A DNA stretch of 63,939 bases, the filler included, from Lenisia limosa (Eukaryota; Protista; Breviatea), in NCBI GenBank assembly GCA_001655205.1. It is 11 parts of 11 records of this genome, joined end to end, with 100 filler letters (N's around TTAATTAATTAA, not from the genome) between each part and the next. Parts side by side here need not be neighbours in the genome. Positions count along the whole stretch, not along the records: positions 19,779 to 34,317 come from LPNZ01007899.1; 10 more parts are not named here. The stretch is one strand, 5' to 3'. Under the pieces are notes generated by a model. It saw nothing but the letters and a program-made list of their open reading frames with translations, had not been told where the DNA came from and did no database searches. This document shows, piece after piece, positions 20,091 to 32,894 of the stretch. The position numbers and the translations under genes are program-made. Position 1 is the first letter of the stretch, and the number at the start of each line of letters is the position of its first letter.

Positions 20091-23000
20091 GGGAACCGCA
20101 GTTAGCTCCACTCAACCTCAACCCCATCCCAATGCCAACTCTCGCATCTTCTACGAATCAAAACACTCACTCAATCCACTCACATCCATCTCATCAACAA
20201 CAGTACCCTCCAAGCAACCAACAAGGTTATCCAAGCTTTTCCCATCAGCAACAGTTTACCTCCCAAGCCCCCCAACAGGCTTCTTCAAGTTCGTTTTCTT
20301 TCCCAAGTCAAAATGGACCTATTTCACACACACAACCGAATAGATCTTCCCAGCCAATGAGCAGGAGTGCAATGAGACCAAGTGACAGTTCTTTTGGATC
20401 CCCATCTCTCCAGCCAAATAGCTCATTGTCGCAGCAAACCTCAGGTCTTCCATCGTTTAATAGTTTGCATAGTTGTTTTTGTTCACTGCTTTTCACCTTC
20501 ATTTTAATTCAGTTACATTGTGACCATTTCAGATACAGCCCTTCCATCCTCAAGTATGATCCAGGCACTTCGCCTTTCTGAACAGCAAGATTCACTGTGT
20601 ATTTCGGAATCATCACGCGAAGCTCTACCTCAGGTATCCATACTCTGATATCTTTCAAGTTCTTTTCTATTCTCACGCTTGTCCCATACACTATCCCTAA
20701 CCCGCATTTAGGCTAAATAGTTTCTCCATCTCTCTTACTTCTCTAGTCTTCAACAATGTCAGTGAGCGCTCTCTCCAACTCCCACCAAATCCTCTCTACT
20801 GCCCAAACGCCAAGTGTGAGTGCCATAATGGACTCGTCACAGCAAGACAGTAATCTTCTGGATAATACCGCCAAGTCCACGCAGCTAGATTCAGCGTATC
20901 ATCGGGTTAGTACTCACCCAAACACCAATCTTTTTTCGTCTTCTTTTATTCATTTGACACCATAGGATTTCGAGCAGCCATCACCCTCCCCCATCCAAAG
21001 CCCATCCCCTGTACCACAACAAGAGCCCTTAGTGCAATCGTCTACATTCAGCAGGGCAAGTCAACCCCAACCAAGTCCCGAACCCACTGCATCCCAGCAA
21101 CAGCAAAACGAAGTTCAACCCAACAAATTACGTCAGCCTTCAGAATCGGCCCCTCAACTCCATCACGCAACGTCAAGTCATTCGGAAACGCGCCCCTCAG
21201 AAATATCCAACTCCTCTATTGAAAGGAGTTTTGATGGTAGGCTTCAGAAAAGTATTATATGATATGCATATCATATATCATATACGAGACATTTACTCTT
21301 TTAGAACCGGTTTCCTTTGTCAGTGAAACTCCCACAATCGAAGAGATTCTACAAGATTTGACCCCAATGTATGCTGTAAACTGACTGAGACTTGCATCCA
21401 TGGTTATTTTTCCTTGTTCATCAGTGGTACAATTTCATCTTAATAAGCACAAGGTTGCTAATTGTTTTTAGTTCCCGATCCCTCCTAATTCTGACTGAGG
21501 CAGTTGAAAGTGCTGTGGAAGATGGTTTGTTTGGTTTAATTGACAATAATATATTAACACATTTCAGTACATTTTTCAACAATTTGATTCTCATATTATA
21601 CTATAGTATAATATAGTAAGGTACGTCACCTGACCGTGAATACTAACCTGACCGTGAAACATCGGACTTTTTTTCGTTTATTTCATCATAATTGCGATAT
21701 ATATCCAAAAATTACCCAGTTTTTTTTTTAAAAAAAAATGGCAGTTAAATAAGAGAAGAAAATTTCTTGGGATAATAAAACACACAAAAAAAATCACTGA
21801 ACTGAAATGAACTGAACTGAACTTATTCCATTTATGTCGACTCGATCTAGATTTCTCTTTTGAAAAANNNNNNNNNNNNNNNNNNNNNNNNNNNNNNNNN
21901 NNNNNNNNNNNNNNNNNNNNNNNNNNNNNNNNNNNNNNNNNNNNNNNNNNNNNNNNNNNNNNNNNNNNNNNNNNNNNNNNNNNNNNNNNNNNNNNNNNNN
22001 NNNNNNNNNNNNNNNNNNNNNNNNNNNNNNNNNNNNNNNNNNNNNNNNNNNNNNNNNNGACCCCAGAACACTGGGTCTAGAAGGTTCAGATGAGTCTGTT
22101 TCGTTGAATTTTTGTACCGATATACAGATGAAGTTGTTGAAGTATATAAATATTTTGGAACAAACTTCTTCTTGAAAATTCTGTATTTTCCCAGCAAAAA
22201 ACTTTTTCCAGAAAATTCACTGTATTTTTCCAGGAAAACCACTGGAAAAGTGGGAAAATCCCGATTCAAGTCTTTTCCAATCGAATTACACCTCGTTTTT
22301 TTTTTGCTCGTTATTGTCTTCCTTTTGTTACTAGGAGTTTTCTGTTGAGGAAAACTCCTTGTAAAAAATCAGAAAACCACTCCCAGGAAAAAANNNNNNN
22401 NNNNNNNNNNNNNNNNNNNNNNNNNNNNNNNNNNNNNNNNNNNNNNNNNNNNNNNNNNCTCGGGTTTTTCTTTTTAATACTTCATTTGGAAATGACCTTG
22501 GGACTCTTAACTGCTATTTCTTCAATATATCATATAGCTACATATCGATATATGTCTTTGACGCATCATACTTATTTTGACAAAATCTTTAGCAATATCA
22601 AGTAATATTGAAAAAAAAAGAGAAAAAAAAAGGGCCGATGTTCACAGGTTATGTTCACGGTCAGGTTAGTGTTTACGGTCAGGTGACGTACCTTATAATT
22701 TAATACATATCATTGTTTATGTATTTTGTAAAGTTTAACAAAGAAGGAGATATCCAAGATGTGTATCGAATGGGAGGTGCAGTCTCAAGACGCAACCAGG
22801 CACGAAAGTAAGCATTGTAACTTCTGGCTGTTTTAATGTGCTATGAAGCTATATATTTTATATATCATATCGTATACTATATTATAAGGCAAATGATTGG
22901 GTGAATTAATAAATATACTCCAATATCTCTTATANNNNNNNNNNNNNNNNNNNNNNNNNNCTACTAAGTGTATGTCATATCCTGCTAGTTCATGGATTCA

Positions 23001-24579
23001 GCTGGATGGAGAAAGAGATAATATCATGTTTTGAAGTGGCTTCTTCTTACTGCTTTAGGGCGGCCAAGAATGGTGAAGATGTGGACCTTTTCACTCTGGA
23101 TATTCTTTCTTCGGCTGTTGTAGATGAAATCGATTCATATCCTGGTGGGTTGGACTTCTTATTCGGTTGATGAACTCTTCTTAATTTCTTGGCAACATCC
23201 CATTATATCTATAAACCTTTGAATTATTTAATTAGGCGGTCTGCTTTCCCGAGAGATCATTTCCAATATCCCAATGGGAGACTACAGCTATGATTCGACG
23301 CAGTAGGCTATGGATATTCTCTATTCTGAATATAGCACATATGACATTGTCTATTTCGGCTGTTTTCATGCATTGTTATTGGTATCAATTAATCGTTGCA
23401 GAGTGAGGCAGTTCTTTGGTGATGATGAGCGACTTAGATGTTGGACCATTTTGACTAGGTAAGTTGATAAATGGATAGTCAGTGTAATGGAATAATAATT
23501 TGGCCACCCCTTCATGTTCATTTTCCCCAGGCATCTTGCGCGCATTGTCAACTCATCCGTTCAATTAACTGAAACATCACTTTCGACTCTCTTCCGGGCT
23601 GGACTAGTGGCAAATACCATTCCAATGGCCGAAATGGGCAAGGCAAAGTCTGTTGCTGCGAACTATCTTGAAGCAGGAATGAAATACTCAGAGCGATACC
23701 TTCAGCATGAATACAAGAAGCGAGAAAAAGCTGAGGTTTGTATTATACAGCAGCATTTCTGACCCATGTTTACCCCCCCCCCCCNNNNNNNNNNNNNNNN
23801 NNNNNNNNNNNNNNNNNNNNNNNNNNNNNNNNNNNNNNNNNNNNNNNNNNNNNCGTTTCTCTTCTACTTCCGCGCCTACATCTTCTCTGAAAGACTCAGA
23901 AAACTCGTTATCGGACTTCTCCCAGGAAGAATCTCAGGCAGGCAACATAGTATATCATATTTATATTATAAACTATATGCTGTATATGATGTATGGTAAC
24001 GATTTAGGTGTCAAGTTCTGAATCAGACGTTTCTGCTGCGAATGAATTAGCAATGGCACAACAAAAAGAGAAAATGGAGAAGCGGAAGCAACTTGAAGCA
24101 CAAGCCCTTACGCATTCGTCTTCAAAAAGTATGCGAGACCGTCAGCGTTTCTCACCTTTAGGTCACTCAGGTGACATGCACGGTTTGATCAAGTCCTCTT
24201 CTGCACCTACAGCTTCGTCTGCCATATTCATCGAACAAGAATCAAGTGAGTTTGGTTGTCATCATACCCGCAGAATTATTATCAAACTTATTCGTTTTCA
24301 GATCTTGGTTTTAGTAAGCCGATATCTATTCGAAAGCGAAAACTGAAAAAGAAGTCCAGGTCCACCTTTGATGATTTTGACGATTCCGATGATGACACTT
24401 CAAGCAGTTNNNNNNNNNNNNNNNNNNNNNNNNNNNNNNNNNNNNNNNNNNNNNNNNNNNNNNNNNNNNNNNNNNNNNNNAAAGGTCAAAAGAAGGTTCA
24501 GCCTCAGCAGCACTCAAGATCTCAGAAGTTCGAGAGTGTAATTGAGGAGGATGAGGGGGAGGAGGAATTTGGTTTTTAG
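20091..24579 (+). CDS. RhoGAP-domain protein with long S/Q/P-rich N-terminus and acidic tail; 5' end uncertain
   Basis: EGDIQDVYRMGGAVSRRNQARK (arginine finger near 22767), DVDLFTLDILSSAV..YPGGLLSREII, LRCWTILTRHLARIVNSSVQLTETSLSTLFRAGLV. Ends EEDEGEEEFGF-TAG. Confidence 0.75.
21619..22693. mobile_element. TA-flanked non-autonomous TIR element in a RhoGAP intron
   Basis: TA|AGGTACGTCACCTGACCGTGAA...TTTACGGTCAGGTGACGTACCT|TA with repeated CCTGACCGTGAA subterminal motifs. The interior has two N gaps and no transposase motif. Confidence 0.85.
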
Positions 24580-24696
24580 GAGGTATTTAATGTAACTGTT
24601 CATAGTAACAGCATATGATATGCATATCATACGTTCCGCCTATGACAGACAAGTATGAGTACTTCAAAAAGTGAAATGCATTGGACCAAAACTAAA

Positions 24697-25137
24697 TTAC
24701 AAAAGGAACTGCGAAAACATATCAGAGGAAATCTCACCCCATTGTTTGATAGCCTCGCGGCCCATTTCTGGATACACAGCGAAGATCATTCCAAAGTACA
24801 TGATGAGGGCACAACCAATGATCATGATCGCAAACGCTGATAATAAGAAGAATGGTATTCCCACCACAGAGCAGAAAAAACACCCACACACCAGTAATTG
24901 GAGAATAGATCACTTCTTGAATGAAGGGCACTTCAGGAGTGAGGTTAAACTCAACTTCTTCTGTTGGGGTTAAAAAAGGCAGACGAAGTATGGTCTACTC
25001 GTTTGACTCGTTTTGACTCAGGCCAAGTGCCCCCTTCCAGTTCAACCCAACCAACCAGCATTAGGATTGGGTTCCTCCATGGGTACAAGATCCTTGGTGA
25101 GCTCATTGACCACTGACGCGGCAATGTGTTCCTCCAT
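24697..25137 (-). CDS. Small (~95 aa) single-pass membrane protein, 3 exons
   Basis: MEEHIAASVVNELTKDLVPMEEPNPNA / EEVEFNLTPEVPFIQEVIYSPIT / AFAIMIIGCALIMYFGMIFAVYPEMGREAIKQWGEISSDMFSQFLL-TAA. Confidence 0.55.
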
Positions 25138-25250
25138 GTGCTATATGGTAAAAGCGGTGATAGCGCTTTTAAACCGATGGAATCTAAGAATAACATAATA
25201 TCTCAACTCCAACCTCCAGTTTCTCATCCTTCTTTGGGGAAGTTTCTTGC

Positions 25251-28200
25251 TCAACCTTGCTCAAAAGAGCGTAGAAAGACTATGTTGTAAAAAAAACAGA
25301 GAAGGGGCATGTGATTCCATTTACCCCAAGTAGCCACCATTCTCCAACCTTTTCTTCTTTGGATCTTGAAACAATAAAGGGATCGGGTGTGATGTGTTCT
25401 TTCTCCATATCGGCAATAACTTGCGAGAGTCCAATCTTAAACAAATGAACTGCCATTTTCTAGAACACCTCCCCTCCCCCCCCTCCCCCTTCGTGTACAT
25501 ATATGATATGTATGTACTCCATTGAAAAGGCATACAATATTATTCAATATGTCACAATAAGAAAAAATAAAGGGATGTGATGATCTTATCAAAAAGATAC
25601 AACTGTTCAAAACCAGCTTACCAAATGAGCTGCCTGAAGAGGGCCACCAGTGACGTGCTAGAAAATGAGTATTGCGAGTCGATGCCCATTGTATCAATAA
25701 AGATCCTGGAAAAGAGTTGTGTTCGATCCACATTGAAGAACCATTNNNNNNNNNNNNNNNNNNNNNNNNNNNNNNNNNNNNNNNNNNNNNNNNNNNNNNN
25801 NNNNNNNNNNNNNNNNNNNNNNNNNNNNNNNNNNNNNNNNNNNNNNNNNNNNNNNNNNNNNNTACCACAAGCCAAGAGGCTGGATGCACTGTTCATCTTA
25901 TTGGTCAATGGGGTTTATGATAAAGTTGTAAATTGTAATGTTGGAAATGAAGGGTTCAGAAGTACTGCTTACCGAAGTCAAAATGAGCTGTTGCGCAATT
26001 TCCTGCTCGTTTAAAGGTGAAGAAGGCGCAGGTAAAGCAGCGTCCAGGTCAGGGTTGACTGAAAGTCAGTAAAGTGCATGAAGGAGCATGATGCTGATAC
26101 TTCTCATATCATAACCTCACACATAACCATTATACACATACCCATCCAACCCACCAATATCTTGAGAGAAGAAGCTTTTAGTATTGGGGGAATCAGAGAG
26201 GGATGACAGCCACTTGTAATCATGGTCACCAAGCTAAGCAGTAAGCCTTTAAATTTCGTTGTTAATTTGCATTGAAGGTCTGGACACGGTTTCAAACCAT
26301 TTTGTGAACCGATTGCACGCCGAACATATCGAAGAAGACGAGAGGGCCTGATGATATAAAAAGAAAGGAGCTTAACTTGTGTCATACATTTCTACATATC
26401 ATAGTATACTATCCATATCATATAATATCATAAAAAAACCCTCCCTCATACAAACTTGCCATCCACTGTTTGTGGCAGCCTGTGTGATTTCATTGACACT
26501 GACTCCCTTGCTCAGGAGCTCTGCCAACTTGGAAAGAATTGGCTGCATCATGGTAAAGAGGAAATTGAATAGGATGAAAAGTAAAGAAACTAATGTAGTT
26601 TTAAAGTATGATATAGCTGTGCCATGCATGGCAAACCTTGATAAGCTCTAGGCCAGCATTAGCGTTCTTGTGTGCGGGTAACACAATGCCTCCACGGGAC
26701 CCAGATCCTGAAAGTAATCAAAAGGACAAACAGTCATTTTATAAATAATAGAAGGTCACTGTGACCAACGTCCGATTTTGTTGAAAATTGAGCTAGTGAA
26801 ATCAGCAGCTTCCTTGTTGGACTTGGGATGGGAGATTTCAAACACATCAGGCTGGTACTAATACATGAGTGAAGAAATGAAGAGATAGAGTCTATATAGT
26901 ACAGTATGTATAACAAAAACAGTTATTAGCCTCACTGGGTATCTTGATGGCCACCATCTGAAGGATGTAACACGCTAATTGAGTTAAAGGAAATACAGAC
27001 CTTGGCTAAAAAGTACAAGTTCGCAAATAAACGCAGAAAGGAAAGATGGGGTTCAGAAAGAAGAATAACTAACAATAGGCAATAGTATTTAAGAATCTGC
27101 AAAACGACTCAATCATGTAGAATTCAGAACAGACACGTTTCTTACGAACCTCTGGGAACCTGGCAGAATTACAGAGATCTTCAGTATCCAAGACTTGGTC
27201 GGGACGACACATGATAATGTGGGCGATAGATGCACGGGTGTGGCGATCTAAATCAATAAATAACCAGAACTGGTTGGCGAAAAAGAACTATCAAGAAAAC
27301 CCAGTCGTCCCACTAGATTCACACGATCTGAGGACCAATTTGCCATCTCCAAGGCTGCAGTCAAAAACCTACTTTATGTGAACCATTGTTTGGAAGAAAA
27401 ATCCCCCCTCCCAATCCAAAACTGCCAATCCAAAACTGTGATTAGTCTCAACCATCACCAACAGCGTCAATTTGTCCCTCTTCAGGTAAGTCGTTTCTAA
27501 CAGTCATCAGGAGGGTCATGTCGGAGGCCTGCGCACCAAAGCCCTCTAGTGTGGTTCCAACCAGTTTTTGAACTTCTGCTTCACTATAGGATTATTAAAT
27601 GACAAATAAAAGTTTGAAGGTTTACCCCCCCCCCCCNNNNNNNNNNNNNNNNNNNNNNNNNNNNNNNNNNNNNNNNNNNNNNNNNNNNNNNNNNNNNNNN
27701 NNNNNNNNNNNGAGACACGCGACAAGTGCAATAGCTAAAACAGTGAAACTGATCAAGTGACTGAAAAATGCTGAACCTTAAACAAACCTGGGGGCGGAAG
27801 GGATACAACGACCACATTGAGAGGGGCTTCCTGTCTGCATGGACTTGGCCTACTCATGTTAAACATAGTATTTGTAAAAGAGTGATACAAGGAAAGAAAG
27901 TAATCAGTGAAGTGAATGCCTATAAATAGTGTTCAGTGTACGTGTTCCCCTCTTGAAAACATCATTATTCACAACAAAAAGAAAGAGAGGATAAAATTTT
28001 CCAGATTTACCCACCCTGACACTGCAGAAATGCCAGCAGCAAGCCGGCCGCTTGGCAAGAAGGACTCATCAGAATTGACAGCCACAAATACATCACGCTC
28101 ATTCTTGCTGATTTTGTTCATTTCACCGAGGGATGACGCTTTAATACCTGAATAGTATAATCTCACCAATATATCTTGATAACAAAACGAATGGACTTCC

Positions 28201-30017
28201 CCCTCAAGTATTTCACACAAACCACCCACAAGCCAAGGCGGAGAGACGGGAAGCAGTGGGGTAGGGTGAGCCTTCACACCTACTGTATAAGCGATTACGT
28301 AGGAACGGTGAATAAGCATAGAGAAACAGTTTACTATATGTAGGAAAAGTGAACAAAATGAGTCCAGAAATATGGCTACCCAACCATTCTGCATATGAAT
28401 CTGAGGTCATTTTCTGCTCATAAGCGGAGGGCGCCTCAGTCCTTGAAAAAATTAACGAAACCACAACAATATTTGATGCAGTGAAGATACAATGATAATC
28501 TGAAAAAAAGGTTCCCTCATACAGAGGAAGAGAGAAACGGACAGGTTTCTTATCACGTCGAGAGACTGCCTAAAAAAAATGACGAACTAACTGACAATAT
28601 ATAATAAATAAATACTAAAACGCTATTTTCTTTTATTTCCTTTATGTTACTTGTAACCTACACGTTGCACCCATGATACGACTGAACTGTTGAAATCCGG
28701 TAAGCCATTTCCTGCTTCGAGAGAGTGGTCAACAAAGCCTTCAACATCAGCAAGTGGGCGGGGGGTTCCTAAATTATTAGCTTCGTAGCAAATCAAATTA
28801 TTGTACCACTGTACATGGTATTCAGCGGTACCATTGGTTCTAGTTGATAACCCGTCAACAAACCAGCAGCAAGAATTTGAGAAAGGACATTTGGGGTGAT
28901 TTTGCATCCAACACGGTAGTAGCCACCTGGGGAATGAGCCAAAAGAATTGGGGATTCTTATCGAACAGAAAGAGCCGAACGTTTTTTTTTTTGAAAAGAA
29001 AACACAAAGGGTATCAACAAACCAGCAAGGAAGGTCGAATTATAGAATGAAGGGGGTACGAAGAAACCCGGGGCCCGGGACCAGGACACAACAAAGTCAC
29101 AGGCAGCTGCAAGCTCCAATCCTAGTCCTACAAATGGATCAATTTGGTATCATCTCGTTAAACAATAGGCTGAAATGGTAACATACCATCTTAAAAGAAT
29201 GTATCCGATGATAGTATCCAAAAAATAACTTGAACCAGTCTTACCTTCAACATGCCCTGAAACCGCAGCAACTGTAAGAACTGGAAGACTGGAAACTTCA
29301 TCAAAAGCAGAAGAAACCTGAAACCATTAATAATGCCATAATATCACTCAAAAAAAAAAACAGAATGATACATGAGTCCAAAAAAAGACCTACTCTCTCA
29401 GCCCATGAAGAGTAATGTGAGGGGTTGCACCCCGGGTTTACGAGGGGATAACTTCCAGCAATCCATGAATCCTGTTTTGATGTTCCAAACACAACAGCTG
29501 TCACATAGGTGTTGCAAATGCCTAAAAAGGTGAAATCAACTCGAAAAAGATGCCCAGAAAACCCCAATAACCTCTTACCATTATACCCTTTACTTAACGA
29601 TCCACTTCCATCCTCCAACATATTGAATGATCCCATCCCATCCAACATGTTTGGAGACAGTCAAGAGCGTTGCTAAACTCCTTCAAGAACTGCTCATCAA
29701 TGTAATTTACTGACCTAGAGACCCGTGAGAGGATATAATTCCCAATAATGAAAGGAGGATACCCAGGCAAGTCAACTGCATCCGAAAAATAGCGATATTA
29801 GAGAGAAAAAAAAAATGTTTTTAATATTGAAGTATCTTAGACGTTTAACAAGTAAGGCCCAGAGAAGAAGAACGTTCACCACGCCCCACCGATTTTTGGA
29901 GTGGAATATCACAATATGGGTGTCATCCTTGGCAGCCACGGATACTCTTTTTTGAATAAGTACTGGGGAAACTCCTTGAGGAAAGCAGTCACTTGGCAGG
30001 TCTGAAGACCTCAACAT
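25251..30017 (-). CDS. Divergent HADHA/FadJ-like multifunctional beta-oxidation enzyme (crotonase + hydroxyacyl-CoA dehydrogenase folds)
   Basis: Collinear matches along the whole length: SVNYIDEQFLKEFSNALD; AVVFGTSKQDSWIAG; LPVLTVAAVSGHVEGLGLELAAACDFVV; AGGYYRV; GSPYPTA; VFEISHPKSNKEAA; LSKGVSVNEI..CPLVFFDMFG; VNPDLDAAL..EQEIAQQL; GGPLQAAHLIGLSQVI. Confidence 0.8.
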
Positions 30018-30649
30018 CTTGATTGTTTCTTTACTTGATCTTGGATGTTGATTTAGTTTAGCAAAAAGAAGAATGCAATTTTTTCTTCGTTAATTACTAT
30101 TAAACTAATTTTTTTCTTCTTCTTTCTCACTGAGTCACTGAGTGAGGAGATGAGAGAACGAAGAACGTGAGCGAGCGCGGCAATTTTCAGTTTATATAGT
30201 GTCTAAATCCGTATTTCACAATAGACTGAATTATCTATCTCAGGACTTTCCATAAAAGGAAATTTTCATCTTTTTTTCAACGCAGTGTTCCAATCTGTGT
30301 GTGAACATGCAATTGTTTAGGTATAAGCTACTAATATCACATTTAAAGTAATCTACATTCTTTATACGCAAATCGCAACTGTCCCCCCCCCCCCCTTATC
30401 TTGTTTTGTCACTTTCAAATTGTAAGGGTCACAGTAAACTGTTTGTACATGGTATTAGTTTGTTGTTAGTGAAGCATTTCTAAATCATATATGTATTTTT
30501 ATCATGATTAAATATATGTTGCGAGATAAGATAATGTACAATAAAGTATGTAATAACCCTCCTCGTGAACGTCTTGCAAATAAGCTCATAACCTCATAAC
30601 CCACTTGTCCTGATGGTCATTATATTCTCATCCTCAACTTATTTTTCTA

Positions 30650-32708
30650 GATTAAAAACGTCTTGTTGAACGATGAGAGGTATACTGGACAATGCTCTTC
30701 AATGACTTTAATGTTTCTGCATCTCCTCATCTAATTTTGCTACATTTATCATATTGTTTAGTTGGTTTGGAGGTATCTCCTTTAGATGGAATGTTTTACT
30801 ACGCCACAAGTTTGTAAGCGGGGTGACCATTAATATTTTTATCACAAAAACCAAGACAATTTCATAATTCTCTTAGTGCAGGTCAACTGTTGTATATTAT
30901 TTTTGTCCTGGGAGTCTTAGAAGTTGCTTCAAACCTTGCAGCGGCAGCAGTTGGTGACTTAAGTGGGAGCTTGCACAATTAAAGTGAAATTATCCGTCAT
31001 TTCGTGCAAAATATCACTTTAACTGAATGAAATAGGTGATATTGAACCACTTGTTGCAAATTTCACAATCTTGGTAAGGCACAATTTGTAATGTGATGAA
31101 GCACTCACACAATTCCAGGTGGCTGCTGGGTTATGTTTCGTAACGTTCTTTGGAATGAACCTTGTGACCCGCCAAAATGAGGCAAGCGACTTGCTTGAAC
31201 TGTGTTGAAGACAAATGAAGAATTATAATAATAACCTGTTTAGACCACAAGCATTGTTGGGAGGATAGAAGAATTGGCATCTCATATTGATACTACTTTT
31301 ACTGCCCCTGTCTATAACCAACTCACTGAATTGAATCATAAGGTAAATATAACTGATCAAGCAGTCTTTCTTATCAATGTAGAACAATGCACAGACAAAA
31401 GAAATTAAAAAGCTGGTAAGATGTTTAGAAAATATAAACTCTCCAAACAATAACCTTATTTATTACTTGTATTTTAGCAAAATCGATCAAAAAAAGACTT
31501 CACGAAATACGACGCCATTGCTGCTGAATGCATACGTTTGAACAATATACTGGATCAAAAAGATCACGAGGTAATTATGTAGTTTCATTGCAATTTCAGA
31601 CTCTTTCGTGGTTACCATTTCATCATCAAGGTTGAAAATATGGAAAGAGACCTAGACGTATTCCGTAATATGCTGAAAGACTCTGAGGCTGAAGCTGTTT
31701 GTTGGGTCAAGATGATAATTGAAAATATTAACCTATTTGTCATTTTGTAGAGGCAGTTACGGATACAATTCAAAGAGGCGCGTCGTAATACTCTTAAAGC
31801 ACACACTCTCTATTTACAAAGTATGTTTTTGTTCTTGAGTTCTTGATGTTACATTTCTTTAATTCTTTACATAACCATTTTAGCTTTGCGAGAACTACAA
31901 GATGAAAGAAAACATAGTGATGACACGGAGCACCATAATATCAACATAATGGAAGAGGTTGTTGCTTTACAGATGCAAAACCAACAACTGAACACAAAGG
32001 TACGTGATAGGTGTATTACACTCGTGATTCACCATCCAGGTTGATGAAATGGAAGGCAATATGCAAAATCGACCAGATATTAGGGTTTGCCCGATTCAAA
32101 CGATCAATACATTCTTACTTCTCAGATGAAAGACCAGAGTGATACACCCCAACCAGAGATGTCCGTGTCCCCCGTCATTTTCTCTCCAATTTTCAACCAT
32201 ATCTCCCCCATTTCTGTGAGTTGGCACTTTCATTTGAGACGTTAAACTCATTTTCTTTCATTTAACTGTCACAGCCACCCTTTCGGAAAACCAATCGTCA
32301 AAATGTTTGATGGGAACAGATTCCATGGTAAAGGCCAATGTGATATTGAAATGGCATTTCATTTTCACTACAATTTCACCACCTCAGATTACCGACCTTG
32401 TCAACCAGGCTTTTGATAAGTAACATGGTATTTTATTTGTATTTTTTTAGGTTTGTTTTCTTGACAAATAGATAACTTATATATTCATGGAGGATGGATT
32501 GGATAATATGGAAATAGTCATTATTCCCCGAAGGCAGGATTTCAGCTTACAATTGAATCACTAAATAAAATAGTAAAGGGTAACTCATCCGTAATTCCAC
32601 AAGGAGTAACCAGAGATTAATTGGAGATTAACTATCTTGCTCGCTGAGAAGGAACCTTCCACCCCATCTGATTTCCCAGTGACTCCTCGGGCCGGCCAGC
32701 GACCGTAG
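30650..32708 (+). CDS. Multi-exon coiled-coil protein of unknown function; start uncertain
   Basis: In-frame exons such as AKSIKKDFTKYDAIAAECIRLNNILDQKDHE / VENMERDLDVFRNMLKDSEAEA / ALRELQDERK...QNQQLNTK. One GC donor (GAG|GCAAG, ~31180). Likely last exon AEKEPSTPSDFPVTPRAGQRP-TAG. Confidence 0.55.
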
Positions 32709-32894
32709 TAAGATGCAGGCGGGTTCAGATGGCTTCCACCCCTTCCACACTAATCACAAAAAAGAGAATCTAATTCCGATATTTGACTGGTCCATGCCTT
32801 TTCCCAGCTCTTTTTTCTTTTTCAACCCCCTCTTCCCAGTTCACTTTTATTTTCACTACTGACAGACTTTGATAGACCACTGATGATGATGATA

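Noticed and set aside
29320-29390. PIG-Q/Gpi1 similarity (FFLSDIMALL)
   Set aside because: The stretch is AT-rich intron. Splicing around it gives a crotonase motif, and the rest of the gene follows HADHA/FadJ.
32641-32755. GC-rich hairpin (CCATCTGA/TCAGATGG) as a standalone ncRNA
   Set aside because: It reads as a plausible final exon (AEKEPSTPSDFPVTPRAGQRP-TAG) of the upstream coiled-coil gene, and no ncRNA motif was recognised.
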